DNA from: Octopus vulgaris | Taxonomy: Eukaryota | Length of the DNA stretch: 64,000 nucleotides | NCBI GenBank assembly: GCA_951406725.2 | Contig: OX597822.1 | Coordinates: 63,922,001 to 63,986,000, forward strand | Direction: 5' to 3' | Position numbers and translations under genes: made by a program | Shown: positions 51,706-64,000 of the stretch, one piece after another | Layout: each line of letters begins with the position of its first letter | How positions within the stretch are numbered: position 1 is the stretch's first letter | The notes under the pieces: generated by a model | Databases searched by the model: none | What the model was told of the DNA's origin: nothing | Seen by the model: only the letters and a program-made list of their open reading frames with translations

Positions 51706-51933
51706 TGTATGTATGTATATGTTTGTGTGTCTGTGTTTGTCCTCACAACATCGCTTGACAACCGATGGTGGTGTGTTTACGTCCCCCATAACTTAGCGGT
51801 TCGGCAAAAGAGACCGATAGAATAAGTACTAGGCTTACAAAGAATAAGTCTTGGGGGGCGATTTACTCGACTAAAGGTGGTGCTCCAGCATGGCCACAGT
51901 CAAATGACTGAGACAAGTAAAAGAGTAAAGAGT
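51513..51933 (+). mobile_element. SINE family 1 (5' A-box missing)
   Basis: Matches 10106-10551. Confidence 0.87.
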
Positions 51934-52608
51934 AATATACTGGATAACATAGTTCTAAATCCACTATGTCTGAAATAGAGAGGGAGGGTCACAACTGGAA
52001 TGTCTTCGGGACCACAGGGTTTGCTTAATCGGGGTTGACCTGGATATAAGCACCACCAGCACCATCACTATTGTTGTTTTCATAGAATTCTCTGAATTAA
52101 CAGAAGGATTGTAAAAATGGTGAAGTCAAAATATAAAAAAATCTAGAAAAATAGACCCACCCCAACCCTAGTGAGGATCAGGGTCAGTAGGGGTAAGCAG
52201 ATCTTTTCAGAAGCAGAGTTTTTAATTCTTTAGGTTTAGTGATGTTGACACAGATAATAGAGAGGCTGGACTAAATTAATTTATTTAGGGCAGTGGTATT
52301 GGCACCATTTTCGTGTTGGTGTGTTTGTGGAATAAGGAGTTGGTTCAGATGAATTTGGTAAAAAGCTGCTGGATTAAATTAATTATGAGTGAGAGTGAGG
52401 GATAGAGTGAGTGGAGGTGGGTGAGATACTGATGGTGAGTTGTGTGTGTGTGTGTGGGAGGAATCAGAGGAATAGAGTGAGGCAGGGAGGGGGAAAGAGT
52501 GGCTGAGTGAATGAATGCCACCAAATAACAGTCAATGGTCAGAGAGAGAGAGAGAGAGGGGGGAGAGCGAGAGAAAGCATGAAAGGAAGGACATGAGAGA
52601 GAGAGAGA

Positions 52609-53205
52609 GAGGACATGAGAGAGAGAAGTGGACATGAGAGAGAAGAGGACACGAGAGAGAAGTGGACACGAGAGAGAAGTGGACACGAGAGAGAAGTGGA
52701 CATGAGAGAGAAGTGGACATGAGAGAGAAGAGGACATGAGAGAGAAGTGGGCATGAGAGAGAAGTGGACATGAGAGAGAAGTGGACATGCGAGAGAAGTG
52801 GACATAAGAGAGAAGTGGACATGAGAGAGAAGTGGACATGAGAGAATAGTGGACATGAGAGAGAAGTGGACATGAGAGAGAAGTGGACATGATAGAGAAG
52901 TGGACATGAGAGAGAAGTGGACATGAGAGAGTAGTGGACATAAGAGAGAAGTGGACATGAGAGAGAAGAGGACATGAGAGAGAAGTGGACATGAGAGAGA
53001 AGTGAACATAAGAGAGTAGTGGACATGAGAGAGAAGTGGCCATAAGAGAGAAGTGGACATGAGAGAGAAGTGGACATGAGAGAGAAGAGGACATGAGAGA
53101 GAAGTGGACATGAGAGAGAAGTGGACATGAGAGAGTAGTGGACATGAGAGAGAAGTGGACATGAGAGAGAAGTGAACATGAGAGAGAAGAGGACATGAGA
53201 GAGAG
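52609..53205. repeat. 17-bp purine-rich minisatellite, ~35 units
   Basis: Unit gtggacatgagagagaa. Confidence 0.96.
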
Positions 53206-53700
53206 GGGGTATGAGATAGAGGGAGAGAAAGGGAGATATTGAGAGAACCTTTAAAATGTCTGATGTCTAATTAATAAGTCAGTGTAAAAACATGGACAAC
53301 ACCAAAATGGCAGTATCAGCCTCATACCAAGAACACAGTGCAAAGCCATATTAAAAAACAAAACTGAACATTCTTTTGTTTCTTCAGAACAAACTCCAAC
53401 CACTTCAAACCCCATTATAAGGACTAAACACTTTTAACCTTATCACATCTCCAAACCCCCAACAGATTTGGGGGCTAAACCCCTTTTTAAGCCAAGACAC
53501 AGATATGAAAAGGAAGTAAAAGAAATAGCTAAGTGTTCATGTGACACATACAATATCCATTTCTGATACAGGCGCACGGGACATATATTTACTGGGTGGG
53601 GAGATGGGATAGATTGTTTAATCTACCCCCAATTCATGAGCAGTACTTTATTTTATTGTCCCTAGAAGTTAGAGAAAGACGAAGATGACACAGAAATGTT

Positions 53701-54078
53701 AGCGGAAAGATGGCAGAATCGTTAGCACACAGGGTGAAATGCTTAGCAGTATTTTGTCTGCCGCTATGTTCTGAGTTCAAATTCCGCTGAGGTCGACTTT
53801 GCCTTTCATCTTTACGGGGTCGATTAAATAAGTACCAGTTATGCACTAGGGTCGATATAATCCCTCTTTGTGTTTAGCTCCTTGTGGATAGTAAAGAAAT
53901 AGGTATTTTGTCTGCCGCTACGTTCTGAGTTCAAATTCCGCCGAGGTCGACTTTGCCTTTCATCCTTTTGGGGTCGATTAAATAAGTACCAGTTACGCAC
54001 TGGGGTCGATATAATCCGTTTTTCTGTCATTGTTTGTCCCCTCTGTGTGTAACCCCTTGTGGACAGTAAAGAAATAAA
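53701..54078 (+). mobile_element. SINE family 4 with two tandem internal units
   Basis: Homologous to 39071-39707. Confidence 0.8.
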
Positions 54079-54463
54079 AGATGACACAGGTGTGATTTGA
54101 ACTCAGAGCACACATGGTGAGGTAACTAGCTACATCATGCCATTTTTGACGACAGCTCTACCGATTCTGCCGATGAACACGTAATAATCACATGGTTAAG
54201 ACCGCATGATGATTGATGACATAATGGAGAACCAAGACAGATGAAGAAGAAGTGGCTAGCTGCATCTTATTGCAGTAGCAGTGAATGATAGCTTTCAGCT
54301 GTCTATTGTTATAGTTGTGTGTGTGTATGTGTGTGTGTGTGTTCAAGCACATGCCACAAAGATAAAGCTTATTAATACTTGTGATTATTAGCTTACATAC
54401 ACCTGTGCACAGTTGCATACAAATGTATATATTTATAAACAGGAATGTGTGTAATAACACATG

Positions 54464-54500
<37 letters not shown>

Positions 54501-54718
54501 ATATGGATACATCTTTCCAGAGTCTTATGTCTGCCCATCCATGACAGTATGAAAAGCATATGTTAAACAATGTTGATGATGATGATGATGATGATGGGGG
54601 TGGTTAAAAATAAATTATGCCTGTGTACGCACATTCATGAGTGTGCATGTATATTTTTCATGCATACATACATCCATATATATATATACACATATATATA
54701 TATATATATATGCATATA

Positions 54719-55106
54719 CTAGCAGTATCGCCCGGCGTTGCTCAGGTTTGTAAGGGAAATAACTATAAAGCATTTTTAGAGAGTTATAGCCAAAAAATAG
54801 CAAAAAAATGGAAAAAAAATTATGGTAAATTTTTTTTTGAGAGTAAAAAAAGGTTGAGTTGCGTCCCCTAGACAGTCTGTGGTTTGTTTTTTTTGATTCT
54901 CGACCCCATGTCGAATTTATCGATTTTTTTCAGAACTGGGGTTAACTTTTCAAAATTTTCGCTGCGTTAGTTTTGAATTATGACATTGGGCTATGTGTGT
55001 GTCAAGTTTCATCAGAATCGGTTGAAAGCCGTGGTCAGGGTGAGGGTACGAGAAAACAGACACACAGAAACACGCACAGACAAACTGCCGTTTATATATA
55101 GAGAGA
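54719..55106 (-). mobile_element. Non-autonomous Helitron
   Basis: Minus strand has an A|TC 5' end at 55106 and a 3' end cctgagcaacgccggg (hairpin)...CTAG|T at 54719. It is inserted between A and T with no TSD. Confidence 0.75.
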
Positions 55107-55238
55107 TATATATACGTGTAATTATATATATATACATATATATTATATATACAGATAGATGTACTGTCCCAGCATGGAAGGTGGATGTTAAATGATGATG
55201 TACATACATATACATTACATATACACATATATTACATA

Positions 55239-55592
55239 CGAGCAAAACGCCCCCTTCCAATGGACGGTGCTGAGTTGTCAAACATTTAAACCAAATTTTC
55301 TCAAAACAACTTGTCCGACCGTCCCATAGGCCTCCCCTTTGAGAAACACTGATTTAACCTAAATTTGAGACACCAGCAAAAGACAGATTTCGACTGATGT
55401 ACTTGCACGTACAAATGCACATTCCCATGGCTTTATCGATTGCATTCTCACCTGGAATCAAATTTTGTAATTTTTCCAAGATTTATACATGCCCTGACAC
55501 CGTCGGTATCTACATATCAAATTTGAGCGCAATCGGATGGAGGATGCCTGAGACCCTAGAAGACACACACACAGACAGAAGGATTTTATATA
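55239..55592 (-). mobile_element. Helitron-like element, second copy of 26719-27089
   Basis: High identity except for a ~50-nt internal segment. Confidence 0.65.
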
Positions 55593-55719
55593 ATAAATAT
55601 ACAAATACATACATATATACACATGCATACACCTATTTTACTGAGTAGTCTGTGAATGGTAGGGATGTATGTTAGTAGGTAGCTTACTGTTGGTGTTAAT
55701 GCCCCTTTCCAGTTAATGT

Positions 55720-55800
55720 CTCTGACGACTATTCCAAGATAAGCAGTGAAAAGCATTGGAGAGATGCTACCTCCTTGTTTGACACCCTTCTCAACTAGAT
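55720..55800 (-). pseudogene. Decayed RTE-type RT fragment
   Basis: Minus strand translates EKGVKQGGSISPMLFTAYL. Confidence 0.55.
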
Positions 55801-56342
55801 CTTTCTGTTAGGCTTCTTGAGAATCCACAGGCCTTTCTTTCCAAATGCAGCTTTTCATTTTCTGGATTAGTGAATCAGAGCAGTTACCAAAAGTTTAGAA
55901 GAAGCTACTCTGAAAGCCTCTGAGATAAGATGACACGAGTCAAAAATTTGGGCCAAAATGCAAGAGAAGGGTGCAACAGAAGAATGGAAGCACATTGTAA
56001 TCAGAAATATATACGAACATCTGAAAGTCTGGTTGACGGAGTGATTATATTTCACACTGAACTTTTATATGCAATAACATTAAAACAGTGTGGTACAGAA
56101 ACAACTGTAATGGGTCACTGAAGATGTGCTAAAATCTCTTTTGGATTAAAGTTTACTTAATCTATTTTGGATTAAATCTTATTTGGATTAAAGTTTACTT
56201 TCTGTTAAACCCACACATTATCTTTACCAATGCTACACCTGAATTTCAAGACTAGAAGAATTTCGATTTTATTTAAGAACACATTTCAAGAGTGCAAATA
56301 GCCTCAAGCACTGGTTGAAAGCTGCATTGGAATTGCCCCATC

Positions 56343-56407
<65 letters not shown>

Positions 56408-57634
56408 TGAGATAGCTGAGGCAAGCTATCATGACATAATATTCTTGTAACATTGGATTAAATTAGCTAAAAATTTTAATTAAAAATTGTAATCTAGGTG
56501 GTAGAGGGGTGGTGATGGAATCACTAATGATGGTTGAAGCAATTCCATTGGTGACATTAGGAAATGGTAAAAGTGTGTGGTGATGGTGTAGTGGTAGAGT
56601 GGTTGTGATAATAGTGGCAGCAAAATAATGGCAAGCAGAATATATGCTGACATGTACAATGGTTCTACTTTCATCTTTGTGTGGAGATACAGCATGTTAC
56701 TATGGAATTGGAGTGAGAGAAAGCTGTATAGATAAGAAAGGAAGGAATGAGGGAGTGAGAGGGCAGTGGATGAGGAGAACTGTTAAGGCAGAAGAAAGAT
56801 CACTGCATGAGTGAATATGGAAGGGAAAGAGAGAGAGGAGAAAAGAGAGAGAGGGTGGGTGGAATGAAGGAGGGGAGAAAGTAAAGGAAAGATAACTGCG
56901 AAAAGAACTGATGGAAAGAGAGGGAGATGTGAAAATAAAGACAAGGGGTTATAAAAATAAGAAAATATAGGGTGAAATCTTTAAGCCCCAGTGAATAATT
57001 TCATCAGTGTAATTTTACCCACCTCCTGTATAACACACCATTTTAATGAGACAGTGTGAGAGCCTCTATATGGTTGCTTCAGCTGCATGAAATAGCACCT
57101 AAATCTCCCGCAAATCACACTGTCTTGTCTTCAAATCATGTCCTGGATGTGTGGTAAGAAGCTTGTTTCCCAGTCACATGGTTCCGGGTTCAGTCCCACT
57201 GCATGGCACCATGGGCAAGTGTTTTCTACTACAGCCTCGGGTCAGCCAAAGCCTCGTAAGTGGATTTGATAGACAGGAACTGAAAGAAGCCCACCAAATA
57301 TATATTTAGGTGTGTGTGTCTTTATCACTCACCACTGCTTGATAACTGATGCTGGTATGTTTATGCCCCCCCCCCCCCCCATAGCTTACCAGTTCAGCAA
57401 AAGAGACCAATAGAACGAGTGATTGTTTCATTCAACTAAAAAAATAAGAAGTCAAGGTGGTACCCCAGCATGACTGCAGTCTAATGACTGAAACAAGTAA
57501 AAGACACACACATACACACATCAGGTTTCCACACAGTTTTCTACAAGAAGACACTTTCTCAAGAGAGCATGCAGTGGGATTGAACCTGAAAAAATGTGGT
57601 TGTAAAGCAGACTTCTTACCCACAGCACCATATT

Positions 57635-57850
57635 CTCTCTTTTTTACTCTTTTACTTGTTTCAGTCATTTGACTGCGGTCATGCTGGAGCACCGGCTTTA
57701 TAGTCGAGCAAATCGACCTTAGAGCTTATTCGTTGTAAGTCTAGTACTTATTCAATCGGTCTCTTTTGCCGAACTGCTAAGTTACGGGGATGTAAACACA
57801 CCAGCACCGGTTGCCAAGCGATGTGGGGCGGGGGACAAACGGACACACAA

Positions 57851-57903
<53 letters not shown>

Positions 57904-58057
57904 ATGAACTTCTTCCAGTTTCCATCTTCCAAATCCACTCACAAGGCTTTGGCTGCCCCGAGGCTCTAATAGAAGACACTTGCCCAAGGTGCCATGCAGT
58001 GGGACTGAACCTGGGACCATGTGGTAGGTAAGCAAGCCACTTACCACACAGCCACTC
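57635..58057 (-). mobile_element. SINE family 1
   Basis: Full-length reverse copy. A diverged forward copy lies at ~57145-57503. Confidence 0.87.
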
Positions 58058-58485
58058 TGTATAAAAAAAAATAATTTTTAAAATGCCTTTGATCATAGAG
58101 ACTTCTTGATCAGGATTGGCCTGGAGTTATCATACAGCAGCTGCAACAACAACAACAAAAAAAAGGAGTTGCTATGTGATAGCTAAACATGCTAGAAAGA
58201 GTCAAATCTTCCCTCACTTTATTCACACCTTATCTGTCTTGTACATAATGAAAAGAGGAGGATACATTAAGTAAAACATACCGTTGAAACAATGGTATGG
58301 CCAGGGCTGGAATCTCTAATCATAAGTCTGTTCGATCAGGACTGGCCTAGGGCTAAACAATAACAGCCACAACAGCTATATCAGTTTCAGCATATGAACA
58401 ATAGTGCTTCTAGCTATGAAAGCTATGGTATTTCATTCACTTTCTATCTCTGCCAAACCCCCTTGTTTCCCTGCTTCTCTCCCCC

Positions 58486-58521
<36 letters not shown>

Positions 58522-58858
58522 ATAAATAAATATTGGTAAATAGAAATATAAAGAAAAAAAAAAAAACCCACCAGTAGTGACTCAGACAGCAGCAGAAAAA
58601 GAGAGAGAGTGAGTGAGAAAAGAACCAAAAGTAATAAATAATAGATGTGAATAAATGTCTTGTTTGGTCACACAGTAACAAAAGCTGAACAGAAGAAGCA
58701 AGCAAATAAAGAAGATTTATCAATCTGTTTGTGTGTGCGCGTATGTGTGTGTGTGTGTGTGTGTGTGTGTTTCTGTGAGCATATATGTATGCATAGCATC
58801 ATATTAAGACTATAGAGAAAAGTTGATAGATATATAATGAGAACATCATACATACAAG

Positions 58859-58908
<50 letters not shown>

Positions 58909-59101
58909 ACAGTGGAAAGGTGGTGTGAGACTGCAGCAAAGCCCACAGCAATCCCTCAGGAACATTTAATCATTTTGTTTATTGAATACAAACGAATACA
59001 TTACTCTACCAACTGTATTGAGTGCTATATTTCTTTGATGTTTATCATATTTATCAAGCATAATGACATTATATATATGTGTGTGTGTGTATGTGTGTGT
59101 G

Positions 59102-59294
59102 TTCTTTTACTTGTTTCAGTCATTTCACAGTGGCCATACTGGAGCACCGCTTTTTATTCAAAGAAATTGACTCTAAGACTTATTCTTTGTAAGCCTCATG
59201 TTTATTCTATCAGTATCTTCTGCTGAACCACTAAGTTACAGGGATGTAAAAAACCAACATTGGTTGTCAAGCAATGGTGGGTGGTGGTGGGGAC

Positions 59295-59348
<54 letters not shown>

Positions 59349-59490
59349 GACAGGTTTCTTTCAGTTTCTGTCTACCAAATCCACTTAAAAGGCTTTGGTT
59401 GGCCCAAGGCTATAGTAGAAGACACTTGCCCAGTGCCACACAGCAGGACTGAACCTGGTACCATGTGATTGGGAAGCAAGCTTCATACCT
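59102..59490 (-). mobile_element. SINE family 1
   Basis: Diverged reverse copy. Confidence 0.8.
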
Positions 59491-61334
59491 CAGAACATAT
59501 ATATATATATATATAATATGTGTGTTTGTGTGTGTGTACAAAGGCACATGCATAGCTATGTGATTAAGGAAGTAGTTTTGAAGTCATATGGTTTCAGGTT
59601 CAGTCCCAGCTAAGTATCATCTACTATAACCTCAGGTTGACCAGTGCCTTATGAGTGAATTTGGTAGGTGGAAACTGGGTAGAAGCCCATCATGTGCGTA
59701 TGTGTGTTTGTGAGTGCATGTCTAATGTTTTTGTATTTGCCTCTCCCCACTCTGCTACTTGAAAATTGCTGTTCAACTGCTTATGTCATTACAACTTAGC
59801 AGTTCAAAAAAGAGAGATTAATAAAATAAGTAGCAGTCCGAATAAAAACAATATAATTACTATAATATAAAGCTAGATTTATAAATCCTAAAATTGCAGA
59901 ACAGTTTGTTACTGGGCAGTTTAGCTTAAAGTTAAAGCACACTTGACGTGTAATCACAGGGATGTGAGTTCAAGTCTCATGGCTGGCAAGTAACAAATTT
60001 TTCTGCAATATATGGATAGCTTATCTTGTTCATGCTATTGTATTAGCATTATCATGCGTCTGAGAATAAATTATTTCTGTATAATTACTGGGGTTCATGC
60101 CACAGACCAATGACTGAGCAGAACTGTGTTCAAAAGCATTCCGGGCATGACCATTTCGTACAATGCAAACTACACTCTTCTAAAGATGCTAGGGTGTGAT
60201 TTAAGGGAGAATTGTCTGCTATTTCTAGCAGGGTGAGTAACCACATTGGCTCAGGTGCTAATAGAGAAGATGAACGGCTGCCTCCAGGTTAAGGAGGACA
60301 CAGTAATAAACTGGGACAGAAATATTAAAGAAAAATAAAATAAAATACAACAAAAATAAATAATAATATTAATAAATAAAAAATGCTGAGTGGAAGACAT
60401 TGGCAAAGCACCAAAAAACAGGTTTTGTAACTGGGTTTGTGATAAGCGTAAGTTCTAAAAGCAGATTTAATTAAAAGGCATCAATAAGAATTAGCAATAC
60501 TAAGCTACAAAAAAAAAAAAATAATGCAAGGAAATCTCCAATGACTATTATATTCATCTCGACTGAAAGGTATTTCAAAAGACATTGATGTCAGGAGAGA
60601 AGAATAAAAAAAAGACAACACGTTATAACAAGAAAGAGAGATGAAAGAAGGAGAGATGAAAGAGAGAGAGAGAGAAGGGTGTGTGTGTGTGATCGACAGT
60701 GAGTGAAAAATCTAGTGGAAACATCCTCAGGGTAACAGAAACGTGTCTTGTTTCAGAGATGTAACTGAAATATTTCTTTATTCCATGGCTACCTATTAAT
60801 TAGATTTTGAGGTTCTTTTATTGGTGATTATGCTTATTTTCTTATTGTTTCTTTATTTATTGCTTTTGTTTTGATTTTTGTTGTTGTTGTTGTTGTTTCG
60901 TTTTCTTCTCTGCATATTTTTAGCTTTCTCTCCCCCCAAAGACATGGGGAAATCGCAAGTGGGTCTAATTAGTGAGCTTCAGTTTATTGCTAAATGAATT
61001 TATTGCTGTCAATGAGGGCAGTAACTCCTAATGAGAATTGATATGGAACAGTCTGTCTCACATGGGACAACTTCCCTAGTGCCAGTGGCATGACGAAATG
61101 CACCTAAACTCACCGATATTCTCTCGTTCTAAGTGTGAAAGTGCAAGTTATGCAGTCTATTACGATTCATTCAACCCATGCCAGCATGGGAAAATGGTGA
61201 AAAGAAACAGGTATGGCATTGGACAAGATGTCTGTGCAGCATTTAGTTATTTTATGTTATGAGTTCAAATTCCACCAAGGTCACAACTTTGCTTTCCAAC
61301 CTTCCAGAATTGTTAAAAATTATGTACCAGTTAA

Positions 61335-61830
61335 CAACCCTGTAGCATTTAATCTGGCCATGTCTGGCCCCTAATGTTCTACCTATTTTATGTTCAAAAC
61401 CAGCCAAATCTGACCTCTCACACCTACCCTGAAACATCATTCTCATCATCATCATCATCATCGTTCAATATCATTTAATGTCCATTGTCGATGCTGGCAT
61501 GGGTGGGGTGGTTTGACCAGAGCTGGGGAGCTACACCAGACTCCAGTTTGACTTGGCATGGTTTCTCTGGCTGGATGCCCTTCATAACACCAACCACTTT
61601 ACAGAGTATGGTGGGTGCTTTTACATAGCACTGCATGAGCGCTTTTGTGTCGTGCTGCTTGGACGGTTTCATGTGGCACCTCACAGGCACTTTTATGTGG
61701 TACCACATGTAAAAATAATTATTCACATCATTGAAATACTGAAGCTAAAAGATAATGCAGAATTAACTTAGAACAATGTGAATAAATAAGCATTACATTT
61801 GACAGAGTAATCTGAGCGCTAAAGGGTTTT
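61335..61830. mobile_element. MITE family B interrupted by an RTE-B 3' UTR (61445-61710)
   Basis: The MITE halves 61335-61445 and 61715-61830 rejoin to match 16485-16709. Confidence 0.7.
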
Positions 61831-63544
61831 ATATATTGAAGATTAATTTCATTGAAGATACCTTCCCTGCTTTGGATTTGTGGTTTTGTACTTGTATCAA
61901 AATTCAAAATGTCTTGCAGCATCTAGTTATATCCCTTAACAGTCTGAGGTCAAGGGTTACTGGGGTTTGGCCTTGCCTTATAACCTGTTTAGACTCAATT
62001 TAGATTTAATAGATGTGGGCAGACCTATACCCAAGGGCCGATATCATTTCTTCTGAAATAGTATATTCTCAACAAAAACATTATTCAATGTCTCCCTTGA
62101 GGGAGCTTTGGCTGGTATTTCTACCAGGTTATGGGAATTCGTGTAGGGGGTACCTCCACTGGTGCAGTTGTTTACCTATTGTAGTTGTTTTTGCTTAGTC
62201 AGCCCTCACCAAACAAACCCCAATGATCAAAGATATACCAGCTATGACCATCTCAAGAATTTTGTATGTCTAAGGCTATATATTGTTTAATGAGTTCTTC
62301 CCTTTTTGGAACATCAGGTGTTGGAGATTTGGTTGCTATTTCTAGAAAATCAAAAAAATCAAGTGTAGAGGGTGCAATCACTGGATTAGTTTTTATGCAT
62401 GAGTAGCCCTGGTCCATCTTTGATTGAGCAGTTATAAGCAAAGATCTGGTGGTCATGACCATCTCATCTTTAGGATGACAATATAAAATTCATCTTTTAA
62501 GTTGAAGTAGATTTAGCTGCTATTTCTAGGAGATTGACTGACCACATAGAAGCTTCCATCATTACCTTTTTTTCTTAATTTTTTTTATTATCCTCATGTG
62601 GTTTGTTGTTAATATTTGATAAAGGGTCACTCAGTTTTACAACCAATAAAAAATTAAGTCCAGTGAATCTGACAGAGATAAGGAGGCAGGGAATTCTTCC
62701 AGAGGAGAAGCAGTGTTAGTAGTAGCTGTAATGTTTTACAGAACAGCAAGGGCCTCTTCCTATTATCTTGATGTACTTGACCCACAAGGAAGAGACAAGG
62801 CAGAAGAGGGTAGGGTAAGGGTTTTAATGCATTAACCACTTTGAGATAACAAAGGTTGTAGAGGAATGACAGGGGATCCATTGTAGTGATAGTGGTGGTG
62901 GTGGTGGTAATGGTAGTTGAGGATGTAGTAGTGATAGAAGTAATTTGTGGTTGTAGAGATAATAGTAGGGATGTCAATGATGGTGGAATGGTAGCAGCAT
63001 TTGTAAGAGTTGGTGTTGTTAATGTTTACCCTCAAGTCAACCCTGATGGAACAGACCATTCTGGGGCAAACATTTTGTATGCAAGATCACCCTGTGGACA
63101 AAGGTTTTGCATCCAAGACCATTCTGAAGCAAAATTTTTGTATCCAAGAACATTTTGGAGCAAAGATTTTTGTATCCAAGAACACACTGGGGAAAAGATT
63201 TTGTATTCAAAAATCATCCTGTCTTTTTCTCAGACACAACAAGCCCCAAACCACATTATGAGATGTGTCCTTTTTTTGTAAAATGGCAGAATGTGATTTG
63301 AAGAGATATTTGGTTGCTAGGTTTAGCAGATCAAACAATTACATAGAGGGTTCCTGGTTGTGTTTTAACCTCAGATAAATGCTAAACCAGTAAAAAGATT
63401 CATGATCAAAGGCATTCCAGCTGTGATCACCATTCCTTTTTACAGATAACTAGCACAATATCCAACGAATCCTTTCTTTTGTCTAAGACATTAACCTTTT
63501 AACATTCAGATAACTCTGACAAATGTAATACTTACATCATTTAA

Positions 63545-63902
63545 ATTATTTACATTTGACGGATATTTGTCCTCATCTTGTTTGTTGCTAACATGTTTTG
63601 GCTGATATACCCTCCAGTCTTCATCAGGTGTCTTGGGGAAATTTTGAACCTGGGTTCTCATTACTAAGGTATTTTTCAATGTTATTATTATTATTATTAT
63701 TCAGGTCACTGCTTGGAATCAAACTCGGAATCTTGGGGTTGGTAGCCTGTGCCCTTAATCACTACGCCATATGCCCAATGAAGGCAGGAGGGTATATCAG
63801 CCGAAACGTGTTAACAAGAAAGAAGATGAGGACAAATATCCGTCGGATGTAAGTAATGTAAATAACGTACATAATTCCTCATCTCTTAAATATAGAACTG
63901 TA
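63545..63902 (-). mobile_element. tRNA-headed element with a hammerhead-like tail and ~80-bp inverted terminal arms, inserted in a MITE-B
   Basis: Minus-strand A-box tggcgtagtgatt and B-box gagtttgattcc (63776-63704). Arms 63545-63625 and 63777-63858 are reverse complements. Confidence 0.65.
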
Positions 63903-64000
63903 TTAAATGTAATACTTGTTTTCATTGTTTTGAATTAATCCTACATTATCTTTAACTTCAAGATTTTGATAATATGATAGTTTATTTTTAGAATGACATT

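Noticed and set aside
52345-53196. Three overlapping 207-283 aa ORFs
   Set aside because: The 17-bp repeat lacks stop codons on the minus strand, and there is no domain or splice evidence.
62886-63281. 131-aa ORF with short FC(I/M)Q(D/E)H repeats
   Set aside because: A degenerate ~30-bp tandem repeat following low-complexity sequence, with no recognisable domain or splice support.

Overview
AT-rich, microsatellite-dense eukaryotic DNA, very probably a cephalopod (Octopus-like) genome; this is inferred from the repeat landscape and is not proven. The only host coding sequence I can support is three minus-strand exons (8763-8919, 4890-5035, 2564-2848). They splice in frame at canonical GT-AG sites and encode Ig domains 1-2 of a DCC/neogenin/frazzled (UNC-40) netrin receptor, which continues off the left edge. 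No signal-peptide exon was found, so the remaining ~55 kb is probably a large first intron or upstream DNA. That region is packed with tRNA-headed SINEs (several families with shuffled modules), 3' ends of an RTE LINE, one 2.1-kb RTE LINE lacking the catalytic RT motif, piggyBac-like and hAT-like MITEs, Helitron/Helentron-like elements, minisatellites and microsatellites. The most interesting signals are: (1) a structurally complete type I hammerhead ribozyme on the gene's sense strand (13473-13522), plus two degenerate hammerhead-like motifs, one in a tRNA-headed element with an inverted tail; (2) repeat-derived fold-back hairpins just upstream of two exon acceptors; (3) a 27-bp minisatellite amplified from the last codons of a LINE ORF. 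Almost all ORF-track entries are low-complexity or repeat artefacts. Repeat family labels (SINE 1-4, RTE A/B, MITE A/B) are my own working names, and repeat boundaries are approximate.
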